From: Nitrospinota bacterium
GTDB lineage: Bacteria; Nitrospinota_A; UBA7883; JADGGD01
DNA length: 47,186 nt
Direction: 5' to 3'
Assembly (NCBI GenBank): GCA_015229165.1
Contig: JADGCD010000002.1
Span: forward strand, 1 to 47,186
In this document: positions 36,011-46,524 of the stretch, in pieces
Layout: each line of letters starts with the position of its first letter
Position numbering within the stretch: position 1 is the stretch's first letter
The notes under the pieces: generated by a model
What the model saw: the letters and a program-made list of their open reading frames with translations, nothing else
Databases searched by the model: none
What the model was told of the DNA's origin: nothing
Made by a program: the position numbers and the translations under genes

Positions 36011-36475
36011 ATGCGGATCTCCACCAAGGGACACTACGCCGTCCAGGCGCTGGTCGACATCGCCGCCCGGCCCGAGAAAAAGCCGGTGTCGCTGGCGGTC
36101 GTCGCCGACGGGCAGGGGCTGTCGCAGAACTATCTGGAGCAGCTCTTCGTGAAGCTGCGCAAGGCCGGGCTGGTCAAATCGGTCCGGGGCCCCGGCGGGG
36201 GATACCTCATCGCCCGCTCCCCCTCCTCCATCACCATCGGCGAGGTCTTCGCCGCCGTGGACGAATCGCTGATCCTGACCGACTGCGGTGACGAGGGGCC
36301 CACCGGTTGCGGCGGGGGAGAGAACGACCAGACCCGCAAGTTGTGGCAGAAGCTGTGCCACCACTTCAACGAGTTGCTCTACTCCATCACCATCGACCAT
36401 GTGGTGAAAGGGGACGTGAAACTCCCCCGGATCGGGGGACCGCTTCCCGGCGCCGCCGTCATCCGCATCGCCTGA
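36011..36475 (+). CDS. Rrf2-family transcriptional regulator (IscR/CymR-like, three clustered Cys)
   Basis: A 154-aa protein with MRISTKGHYAVQALVDIA...LSQNYLEQLFVKLRKAGLVKSVRGPGGGY and Cys residues in LTDCGDEGPTGCGG...KLCHHF. Confidence 0.9.
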   Translation: MRISTKGHYAVQALVDIAARPEKKPVSLAVVADGQGLSQNYLEQLFVKLRKAGLVKSVRGPGGGYLIARSPSSITIGEVFAAVDESLILTDCGDEGPTGCGGGENDQTRKLWQKLCHHFNELLYSITIDHVVKGDVKLPRIGGPLPGAAVIRIA

Positions 36476-36587
36476 CCGCCCCCCCTGGGATTCGTCCGGT
36501 TCCGGACAAAGAGGGGGTCGGCGCTCCAATTAACCGTTCCTTAACCATCTTTTCCCCCGTTCGGGCCTACTATCACGGTAGGTCAAC

Positions 36588-38078
36588 ATGAAAAGCGGTG
36601 CGGTCATGGAGGAGTATCGGCAGGCGGCCCCTCTCGGCTTTCTGACCTATGGCGTCCCCCCCCTCTTCCTTTCCGGCGCGGCGGCCAACCTCGTCGTCGG
36701 CGCCCCTCTCTCCGCGGTCCTGCTGGGGGGGGCTTCGGTGGCCCTCTACCTGATCGGGGCCGCCAGCCTGCGGGAGGTGGTGGGCCGGGAACGGATGACC
36801 CGCAACCTGGTGCAGGCCCAGCAGATCGGACGGCTCGGCTGCTGGGAATGGAACATCACCGGCGGCGAGCTCTTCTGGACCGACGAGGCCGACCGGATCT
36901 TCGGCTTTCGCTCCTTCGACATGCGGGGGGACATCGACCTTCTCCTGCAGGCGATCCACCCCGACGACCGGGAGCGGTTCAACGAATCGCTCCGACGGAC
37001 CGCCGCCACCGGCGAAAGCCTCGACCTGCTCCACCGGACCATCGGCCGTCAGGGGGTGGTCCGCTACGTCCACACCCGGGCCGAGGCGATTATCGACCGA
37101 CGGACGCTCGCGCCGGTGGCGGTCACCGGCGCCGTCCACGACATCTCCAGCCGGGTTCACGAGGTGGAAAAGCTGCGGCTCCACGCGGCGGTCTTCGAGA
37201 ACACCTCGGAAGGGATCCTGATCATGGACCGGTACGGCGTCATCGAGGCGGTCAACCCGGCCTTCCTGAAGATGACCGGCCACACGAAGCGGGAGCTGCT
37301 GGGGGGAAAGCCGGGGGCCTTGCTGGAGAAGGGGAGGGGGAACGAGTCGTTCTACCACCCCCTGTGGGAGCGGGTCCTGCGGGAAGGCTGTTTCCGGGGA
37401 GAGGTGGCGACCCTGCGCAAGGACGGGACCATCGTTCCCACCGATCTCTACGTCAACACGGTCCTCGACTGGGACGGCTCCCCCCTGCGGTTCGTGGCGA
37501 TCTACACCGACATCACCGCCCGCAAGGAATACGAGGAGAACCTGAAACGGCTCCTGGTCACCGACCCGCTGACCGGCGTGGCCAACCGGCGGGCCTACGA
37601 CGAGCAGATGGACGAGGAGTGGCGCCGGGGAATCCGCCACCGGACGGAACTGTGCCTTCTGATGATCGACATCGACCATTTCAAGACTTTCAACGACACC
37701 TTCGGCCATCAGGAGGGGGATCGGTGTCTCCGGCTGGTGGCCCAGTCGATCAGGAGCGTGGTCAACCGGGCGGGCGATCTGGTGGCCCGCTACGGGGGGG
37801 AGGAGTTCGGCGTCATCCTGCCGGAGACCTCGCTGGCAGAAGGCGCCGCCATCGCCGAAAAGATGCGGGAGGCGGTGGCCCACGATCCCCAAGGGGTCGC
37901 CTTCGAGCGGTGGAACCGGCAGGTGACCGTCTCCATCGGAGTGGCGGCAGTCGTCCCGACCATGGACTACTCCCCCTCCTTCCTCATCGGGCGGGCCGAC
38001 ATCGCCCTCTACCGGGCCAAAAGCGACGGGCGCAACCGGGTTGTCACGACCGAAATGACGGAACACAGGCAAGAATAG
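36588..38078 (+). CDS. membrane-anchored PAS-PAS-GGDEF diguanylate cyclase
   Basis: A 496-aa protein with N-terminal TM segments, two PAS-like regions, and GGDEF domain elements DHFKTFNDTFGHQEGD and GGEEFGVIL. Confidence 0.9.
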   Translation: MKSGAVMEEYRQAAPLGFLTYGVPPLFLSGAAANLVVGAPLSAVLLGGASVALYLIGAASLREVVGRERMTRNLVQAQQIGRLGCWEWNITGGELFWTDEADRIFGFRSFDMRGDIDLLLQAIHPDDRERFNESLRRTAATGESLDLLHRTIGRQGVVRYVHTRAEAIIDRRTLAPVAVTGAVHDISSRVHEVEKLRLHAAVFENTSEGILIMDRYGVIEAVNPAFLKMTGHTKRELLGGKPGALLEKGRGNESFYHPLWERVLREGCFRGEVATLRKDGTIVPTDLYVNTVLDWDGSPLRFVAIYTDITARKEYEENLKRLLVTDPLTGVANRRAYDEQMDEEWRRGIRHRTELCLLMIDIDHFKTFNDTFGHQEGDRCLRLVAQSIRSVVNRAGDLVARYGGEEFGVILPETSLAEGAAIAEKMREAVAHDPQGVAFERWNRQVTVSIGVAAVVPTMDYSPSFLIGRADIALYRAKSDGRNRVVTTEMTEHRQE

Positions 38079-38093
38079 CGCCTCCGTTCACTG

Positions 38094-39413
38094 TCACTCT
38101 TCCCCATAATCCTCCAGCCGCCGGGCGGCGTAGTCGGCCAGGCGGCTCGACCGGTCAAGGGAGAGATACCGGCGCCAGACGGCCGCTGCGGCCTCCTTGT
38201 CCCCCATCCGCTCGTGGCAGATCCCCTGCATGAAGAGGGACGAACCCTCGCCCGACAAGGCCTCCGTGTGCCGGGCGAAATCGGCCAGCGCTTCGTCGTA
38301 CTCCCGCAAGGCGTACCGGGCCCGCCCACGTACTTGCCACGCCTGCGGCTCCCCCGGTTTTATGGCCATGGCCCCTTCGGCCAGAGGGATCGCCTCCGCC
38401 GGGCGCTTTTGCGCCAGCGTCAGCCGGGCGGACAACAGATGGAGGGCATAGTCGTCCGGCGCCCGCCTGATGCCAAGGGCAAAATGGATCGCGGCGTCGT
38501 CGAACCGCCCCTCCCGCAGCGCCCGCTCCCCCTTCTGCCCCTCCACGATGGCGCCACGACGGCGGCGCAGAAGAGCGGTGGCTTCCATGTACCGTTCACG
38601 GAGGTGGAGGGGGGGTTCCTTCGACGGGTACCGTTTCGCCTCCCGCCGGGCGCGGGCGTACCGCTCGTCGCTCATCGGGTGGGTGGCGAAGAGGGTCGTC
38701 ACCAGATCGGGACGGGCGCCGCTGGTGTCCCGGAGCCGCCCCAGCAAATCGACCATGCCGGTGGCCGGATAGCCCGCCGCCGTCATGTAGGCGATGCCGA
38801 GGGCGTCGGCCTGCCGCTCGTCCTCCCGGGAGTAGCGGGCCAGCAGGAGCCCCGCTCCCAGCCCCCCGAGGCCGTAGGCCATGTCGGTCAGATCGTCGGC
38901 GCCGGGGACGATCACCTCCAGCAGCCCCGCCGCCCCCTCCACCACCATCCGTGCCACCCGCCCCGCCGACATCCGGGCCGCCGCGTGGCGGGCGTTCACG
39001 TGGCCGGTCTCGTGCCCCAACAGGGCGGCCAGCTCGGCCTCGGACGACAGCTCCAGCAGCATCCCCCGGGTGACCCCCACCGATCCGGCGGGGAAGGCGT
39101 AGGCGTTGACGTAAAGGGCGTCGACCGGGGTGAACGACCAGGGGAGGTCGCGGCGTTGGCTCGTGGAGGCCACGGCGGCGCCGACGGCCCCCACATAGGC
39201 GACCAGCGCCGGGTCGTCGATCGCCCCGTAGTCGGCGGAAAGCTGGATCGGCGCGCGAAGCCGGTCGAGCTCCCGTTCTTCGTCGGGGGTGACCAGCATC
39301 AGCTCCCCCCGTCCCGACACCGGGTTGCTGGCGCATCCGGCGATCCCGACGGCCCAGAGGGCCACGGTTCCCCGCAGGAACCGGCGACGGTCGAGGGGAG
39401 GGTCGGCAGGCAT
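38094..39413 (-). CDS. M48-family Zn metallopeptidase with C-terminal TPR repeats (BepA-like), Tat/lipoprotein signal
   Basis: A 439-aa protein with RRRFLRG...IAGC at the N-terminus, the HETGHV (HExxH) motif, and a TPR-like C-terminal half. Confidence 0.88.
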   Translation of the reverse strand: MPADPPLDRRRFLRGTVALWAVGIAGCASNPVSGRGELMLVTPDEERELDRLRAPIQLSADYGAIDDPALVAYVGAVGAAVASTSQRRDLPWSFTPVDALYVNAYAFPAGSVGVTRGMLLELSSEAELAALLGHETGHVNARHAAARMSAGRVARMVVEGAAGLLEVIVPGADDLTDMAYGLGGLGAGLLLARYSREDERQADALGIAYMTAAGYPATGMVDLLGRLRDTSGARPDLVTTLFATHPMSDERYARARREAKRYPSKEPPLHLRERYMEATALLRRRRGAIVEGQKGERALREGRFDDAAIHFALGIRRAPDDYALHLLSARLTLAQKRPAEAIPLAEGAMAIKPGEPQAWQVRGRARYALREYDEALADFARHTEALSGEGSSLFMQGICHERMGDKEAAAAVWRRYLSLDRSSRLADYAARRLEDYGEE

Positions 39414-39562
39414 CGGCGCTCCTGGGGGAATGGGATTGCCTTTATTCTATCCGAAGGGGGGGAAGCGAATCTTTTCGACGCCCTGCGGGTCGCAACCGGT
39501 TCAGAATCACCGCGATCCCTTCCTGTCGGCCATTTGACCGCATTTTGCCCGCCCCCTTTCCC

Positions 39563-39590
39563 TTGACCGGCTGTGGATAACTGCTACAAT
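39563..39590 (+). promoter_or_regulatory. candidate dnaA promoter with a consensus DnaA box in the spacer
   Basis: TTGACC (39563-39568), a 16-nt spacer, then TACAAT (39585-39590). TGTGGATAA, the complement of TTATCCACA, occupies 39572-39580. Confidence 0.6.
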
Positions 39591-39625
39591 CCCTCTTTTC
39601 GTTCTACCCGAAATCTCTGGTGGTC

Positions 39626-40984
39626 ATGCCCGATCGACGTCTCTGGGACGAGTGTCAACGTGCGCTCAAGGAGCGGCTCAACCCGCACAACTACGAATCG
39701 TGGATCGACCCGATCGAGTGTCTGGCCTTCACCGGCAAAGAGGTGACCCTCGCCGTCCCCTCCTCCTTCTTCATCGAGTGGATCAACGAGCATTACCGGG
39801 ACCAGATCGAGTCGATCCTGACCGACATGACCGGCGGCCCGGTGTCGATCGCTTTCCTCGTTTCGAAAGGGGAGGTGAAGAGCCCCCCCGAGCCGAAGGC
39901 GAAAGGGAAAGCCCCCGCCCCGACAAAGGAGGAGCGGACGCTGACCCTGGCCGCCGCCCGGGAGCGGGCCCACCTGAACGAGAAGTACACCTTCGACAGT
40001 TTCGTGGTCGGCAAGTCCAACGAGTTCTGCCACGCCTCGGCCAAGGCGGTCGCCTCGAAACTGGGGCAGACCTACAACCCCCTCTTTCTCTACGGTGGGG
40101 TCGGGCTCGGGAAGACCCACCTGATGCAGGCCATCGGCAACGCCGCCATCGAGAAAAATCCCGAGGCCAACGTCCTCTATATCAGCAGCGAAAAATTCGT
40201 CAATGACCTGATCACCGCCATCCAGCGGGGGTCGATGACCGCTTTCCGGAAGCGGTACCGGAGCCTCGACGTGCTGCTGGTGGACGATATCCAGTTCATC
40301 GGCGGCAAGGAGCGGACGCAGGAGGAGTTCTTCCACACTTTCAACGCCCTTTTCGACGCGAAAAAGCAGATCGTCATCAGCTCCGACAAGTTCCCCAAGG
40401 AGATCACCAAGCTGGAGGAGCGGCTCCGCAGCCGGTTCGCCTGGGGGTTGATCTCCGACATCCAGCCGCCGGAGCTGGAGATCAAGATCGCCATCGTCAA
40501 AAAGATCGCCCGCAACAATTCCTTCGTCGTCGACGACGAGGTGGCCACGTTCCTGGCCGGAAAGATCAAGAGCAACATCCGGGAGCTGGAAGGGGTCCTG
40601 GCCCGGGTCATGGCCTACGCCTCGCTGACGGGGCGCTCCATCGACGTCGACATGGCCCACGAGACCCTGAAGGGGATCTACGACGACGCCCACCGGTCGC
40701 TCGACATCAAGCAGATTCAAAAGGTGGTGTGCGACGTCTTCAAGGTGAAACTGGCCGACATGAAAAGCAAGTCGCGCAAGAAGACGATCACCATTCCCCG
40801 CCATGTGGCGGCCTACCTCTGCCGGGAATACACCACCGCATCCCTACCGGAAATCGGCCGGGCCTTCGGCGGACGGGATCATACGACGGTTCTCCACTCC
40901 TGCGAGAAGATCAAGGGGGATATGGAGACCAATACCAGCCTTTACAACCAGATCACCGAAATAAAACGGGAGCTGGATCTGTAG
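39626..40984 (+). CDS. dnaA: chromosomal replication initiator DnaA
   Basis: A 452-aa protein from ATG 39626 (GTG at 39620 is an alternative). It has Walker A GGVGLGKTHL and the C-terminal DNA-binding signature ...FGGRDHTTVLHSCEKI. Confidence 0.96.
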   Translation: MPDRRLWDECQRALKERLNPHNYESWIDPIECLAFTGKEVTLAVPSSFFIEWINEHYRDQIESILTDMTGGPVSIAFLVSKGEVKSPPEPKAKGKAPAPTKEERTLTLAAARERAHLNEKYTFDSFVVGKSNEFCHASAKAVASKLGQTYNPLFLYGGVGLGKTHLMQAIGNAAIEKNPEANVLYISSEKFVNDLITAIQRGSMTAFRKRYRSLDVLLVDDIQFIGGKERTQEEFFHTFNALFDAKKQIVISSDKFPKEITKLEERLRSRFAWGLISDIQPPELEIKIAIVKKIARNNSFVVDDEVATFLAGKIKSNIRELEGVLARVMAYASLTGRSIDVDMAHETLKGIYDDAHRSLDIKQIQKVVCDVFKVKLADMKSKSRKKTITIPRHVAAYLCREYTTASLPEIGRAFGGRDHTTVLHSCEKIKGDMETNTSLYNQITEIKRELDL

Positions 40985-41110
40985 GAAACCCTGTGGAAGG
41001 GGCGGGGGGGAACGGTGGGAAACCCCCCGGTCATGGCGCCCCTGGGGAAAACGGGGGAAAGCGGGGACAAAGGATGGAAAAGATAACTTCCTTTTGATAC
41101 AATGGTTTAG

Positions 41111-43567
<2,457 letters not shown>

Positions 43568-43579
43568 ACGGAACCGCGC

Positions 43580-44365
43580 GTGAGCCGAAACGACGTCCCC
43601 TTTCTCTCGGTTCCGGCCGCCCTGCTCGACCTCCATCTGAAAGACGCCGTCGACCGGGGCCTGAACCTGGAGGTCCACGCCTTCTGGCGGGAGTTGGAGG
43701 ACTTCCCGGCGGAGACGCTGGCCGCCATCGACGCCGCCCGGGGGGAGGGGATGCGCGTGTCGCTGCACGCCCCCTTCATCGACATGGCCCCCGGCGCCGA
43801 CGATCCGCTGATGCGGGAGGCGACGCTGGCCCGCTTCGCCCAGGCGGCGCTGCTGGCCCGGCGGCTTGGCGCGGTCTCCGTGGTGGTCCACCCCGGCTGG
43901 GACCGGCGCCGCTACTGGGGGGACGACGACGGCTACGTCACACGGGCCGCGGCGACCTTCTCCACCCTCATGGAGCTGACCGAGCCGGTGGGCTGCACGG
44001 TGGCGCTGGAGAACATCTACGAGTGCGAACCGACCCTCCTGCGACGGGTCATCGACGCCGTGGGGCATCCCCGGTTCGGCCACTGTTTCGACGCGCAGCA
44101 TTTCAACCTCTTCGGGCGCGGCTACGGGGTTGAACGGTGGCTCGACGTCCTGGGTGACTCCATCGTCCATCTCCATCTCCACAACAACGACGGGACCGAC
44201 GACCAGCATCAGGGGATGCGGTCGGGGACGTTCGACTACGAACTCTTCTTCCCTCTCCTGGCCCGCCACCGGATCGACCCGATGATGACCATCGAACCCC
44301 ACCATATTCCCGGCGTCGACGAGTCGCTCTCGTACCTGCGCCAACTGAGGGGCGCCGTCGCATGA
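43580..44365 (+). CDS. sugar phosphate isomerase/epimerase (xylose isomerase-like TIM barrel) family protein
   Basis: A 261-aa protein with a GTG start. It shows the pattern of metal-binding His/Asp/Glu residues (LHAPF, VVVHPG, ALEN, CFDAQH, LHLHNNDG). Confidence 0.7.
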   Translation: MSRNDVPFLSVPAALLDLHLKDAVDRGLNLEVHAFWRELEDFPAETLAAIDAARGEGMRVSLHAPFIDMAPGADDPLMREATLARFAQAALLARRLGAVSVVVHPGWDRRRYWGDDDGYVTRAAATFSTLMELTEPVGCTVALENIYECEPTLLRRVIDAVGHPRFGHCFDAQHFNLFGRGYGVERWLDVLGDSIVHLHLHNNDGTDDQHQGMRSGTFDYELFFPLLARHRIDPMMTIEPHHIPGVDESLSYLRQLRGAVA

Positions 44366-45090
44366 AGGGGCTTCTCTTCGCCGTCGCCCTCCTCCTTGCG
44401 GTCCCTCCGGGCGACGTCCGCCCGGAGGTCGATACCGGGCCGGGAGGATTCCTCGACCGGCTCTTCAACCCTGCGGGAAAGGGGGATTACCCTCTGCCCG
44501 ACCGCCCGTCGCTTTTGGTCATCCTCGATCCTGGCCACGGCGGGGATGATGTCGGCGCCCGCAACCCCGGACAACCGGCGGAAAAAGAGCTCGCCCTTCG
44601 GCTTGCCCGACTGATAAAACAGCGGCTGGAAAAGGACGGGGAAATCCGCGCGCTTCTGACCCGTGAGGAGGACACGTTCCTTACCCCGGTAGAGCGGCTT
44701 GAAATCGCCAACGGCCAAGGCGCCCTGCTTTATCTTTCCCTCCATGCGACCGGCGATGGTGGGGCGTCGCTCCTGTTCGTCAACGCCCCCCAAAAACCGG
44801 CAGATCCCTCTGCGGCGGGAGAGTGGCGCTACCAGAACAACCGCCATGACGCCGCCAACCGCCGGTTCGCCGCCGATCTGACCGCAGCCCTAAAGAAGCG
44901 TGACGGCGGCGCGCCGGAGATCCGCACCGTCGCCACTCCCCGGCTCTTTCTGGGGGGCGCCAACCTCCCGGCGGTGATGGGGGAGGTGATCGACCTGGCC
45001 GCCGCCGACGAGGAGCAAAACCGTCTGGCCGACGCGGTGGCCGACGCGATTCGAAAAAGCGCCCGCCGGGAGTCCAGCGGTGTCCGGTAA
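44362..45090 (+). CDS. N-acetylmuramoyl-L-alanine amidase (Amidase_3)
   Basis: A 242-aa protein with a signal peptide (MKGLLFAVALLLAV), ILDPGHGGDDVGA, EKELALRLA, and LYLSLHA. Its ATG overlaps the upstream stop as ATGA. Confidence 0.85.
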   Translation: MKGLLFAVALLLAVPPGDVRPEVDTGPGGFLDRLFNPAGKGDYPLPDRPSLLVILDPGHGGDDVGARNPGQPAEKELALRLARLIKQRLEKDGEIRALLTREEDTFLTPVERLEIANGQGALLYLSLHATGDGGASLLFVNAPQKPADPSAAGEWRYQNNRHDAANRRFAADLTAALKKRDGGAPEIRTVATPRLFLGGANLPAVMGEVIDLAAADEEQNRLADAVADAIRKSARRESSGVR

Positions 45091-45643
45091 AGGGAAATGG
45101 ATCGGACTGGCGACGGTCGGCCTGCTGGCCGGCGTGGTCATCGCCCTGTCGCTCGTCAACCAGCGGGAAGAGACGTCGGCCGCCCCCCCCGCAACGGCGA
45201 CCGAGGCGGCTTCTTTCGAGGCGACCCTCTACCTCCCCGACGCGACGTTGACCCTCCTGATCCCGGTCAGGGAGACCGTGCAAGGGGGGGTGGGGATCGA
45301 CCAACAGCTCCGGCAGGTAGTGACGGCGGTGGTCGATCCGATCCGTTCGAAGGGCCTTTTCCCCGAAGGAATGCCCCCGCCGCAGATCGTCCTCTACGAA
45401 TCGACGCTGGTCCTCGGCTACGACCCGTCGTTTCGCCCCCGGTTCGGCGGCGGCGCCCTGCGGGAGCTTCTGGCCGTCGACGCCCTGGTCAATAGTCTTG
45501 TGGCGACCTTTGAGACGGTGAAGCAGGTGCGGATCGTCATGCCGGGAGAGGACGAGCGCTTCGTCAGCCATGTGGACGTATCCCACCCCTTCGTCTACAA
45601 CCCGCAGTTCGTGGCCGAACCGGCCACCGGAGGCGTGCAGTGA
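45080..45643 (+). CDS. GerMN-domain membrane-anchored protein
   Basis: A 187-aa protein with a GTG start and an N-terminal TM anchor. It shows a GerM-like pattern (ATLYLPD...LIPVRETV...ALVNSLVATFETVKQVRIV). It overlaps the amidase 3' end by 11 nt. Confidence 0.6.
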   Translation: MSGKGKWIGLATVGLLAGVVIALSLVNQREETSAAPPATATEAASFEATLYLPDATLTLLIPVRETVQGGVGIDQQLRQVVTAVVDPIRSKGLFPEGMPPPQIVLYESTLVLGYDPSFRPRFGGGALRELLAVDALVNSLVATFETVKQVRIVMPGEDERFVSHVDVSHPFVYNPQFVAEPATGGVQ

Positions 45644-46458
45644 CCGACCGGCGTCCCATCGGCGTTTTCGATTCCGGCATCGGCGGGCTGACGGTGGTGA
45701 AAGCCATCCGCGACCGGCTCCCGAACGAGTCGATCCTTTATCTGGGCGATACCGCCCGGGTCCCCTACGGGACGAAATCGAAAGAGACGGTGGTCCGCTA
45801 CTCGGTCAACGCCGCCGAGGCTCTTCTGTCGCGGGGGGTGAAGATGCTGGTCATCGCCTGTAACACCGCCTCCGCCTCCGCGTTGCCGGAGGTGATCGAC
45901 CACGCGGGTGGAGTCCCGGTCATCGGCGTGGTGGAAGGGGGTGTCGCCGCCGCGTTGAAAGCCACCGACGGACGAGTCGGCGTCATCGGCACCGAATCGA
46001 CGGTCCGCTCCGGCGCCTATGAAAAAGGGATCGACGCAGGGAGAAAAGGGATCACCGTCGTCTCACGCCCCTGCCCGTTGTTCGTCGGGCTGGCGGAAGA
46101 GGGGTGGAGCGACAACGAGGTGGCGCTGGCCACGGCCCACCGCTATCTGGACGGGCTGACGGGGCAGATCGATACGCTGGTGTTGGGCTGTACCCACTAC
46201 CCGGTGTTGAAACCGGTCATCGCAAAGGTGATGGGGCCGGGCGTGAAGCTCATCGACTCCGGCGAGGAGACGGCCCAAGTGGTGGAGAGGCGTCTGGCCG
46301 AATACGGCCTTGCCACCACCGCCGACCGGGCGGGACGGGTGGAATGTCTCGTCACCGATTCCCCCGAACGGTCGCTGGCCCTGGCCCGGCGGTTGTTGGG
46401 AGCGGAGGTCGCCATCGACTCCTGCTCTCTTATCGACATCTCCCCCTTCGCCGGGTAG
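45640..46458 (+). CDS. murI: glutamate racemase
   Basis: A 272-aa protein with GVFDSGIGGLTV, ACNTAS and LGCTHYP. Its GTG start overlaps the upstream stop as GTGA. Confidence 0.95.
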   Translation: MTDRRPIGVFDSGIGGLTVVKAIRDRLPNESILYLGDTARVPYGTKSKETVVRYSVNAAEALLSRGVKMLVIACNTASASALPEVIDHAGGVPVIGVVEGGVAAALKATDGRVGVIGTESTVRSGAYEKGIDAGRKGITVVSRPCPLFVGLAEEGWSDNEVALATAHRYLDGLTGQIDTLVLGCTHYPVLKPVIAKVMGPGVKLIDSGEETAQVVERRLAEYGLATTADRAGRVECLVTDSPERSLALARRLLGAEVAIDSCSLIDISPFAG

Positions 46459-46470
46459 ACGAAACTGCGC

Positions 46471-46500
46471 AAAAAACCCGGCCCGCCGAAGCGGACCGGG
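46471..46500. terminator. hairpin terminator between the convergent murI and the right-edge gene (U-tract on the minus strand)
   Basis: Stem CCCGGCCCGC (46477-46486) / GCGGACCGGG (46491-46500) with one mismatch and a CGAA loop. The A6 tract at 46471-46476 gives U6 on the minus strand. On the plus strand only a weak T-rich tail follows. Confidence 0.65.
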
Positions 46501-46524
46501 TGTTCCTGTTCGTCCGGGTCGCGG

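Noticed and set aside
33831-38233. ORFs 33831..35015 (-), 35473..36027 (-), 36573..38072 (-) and 36848..38233 (+) overlapping cysM, the NIL gene and the GGDEF gene
   Set aside because: They are antisense or out-of-frame to genes with clear catalytic motifs, and their composition is typical of non-coding frames in high-GC DNA.
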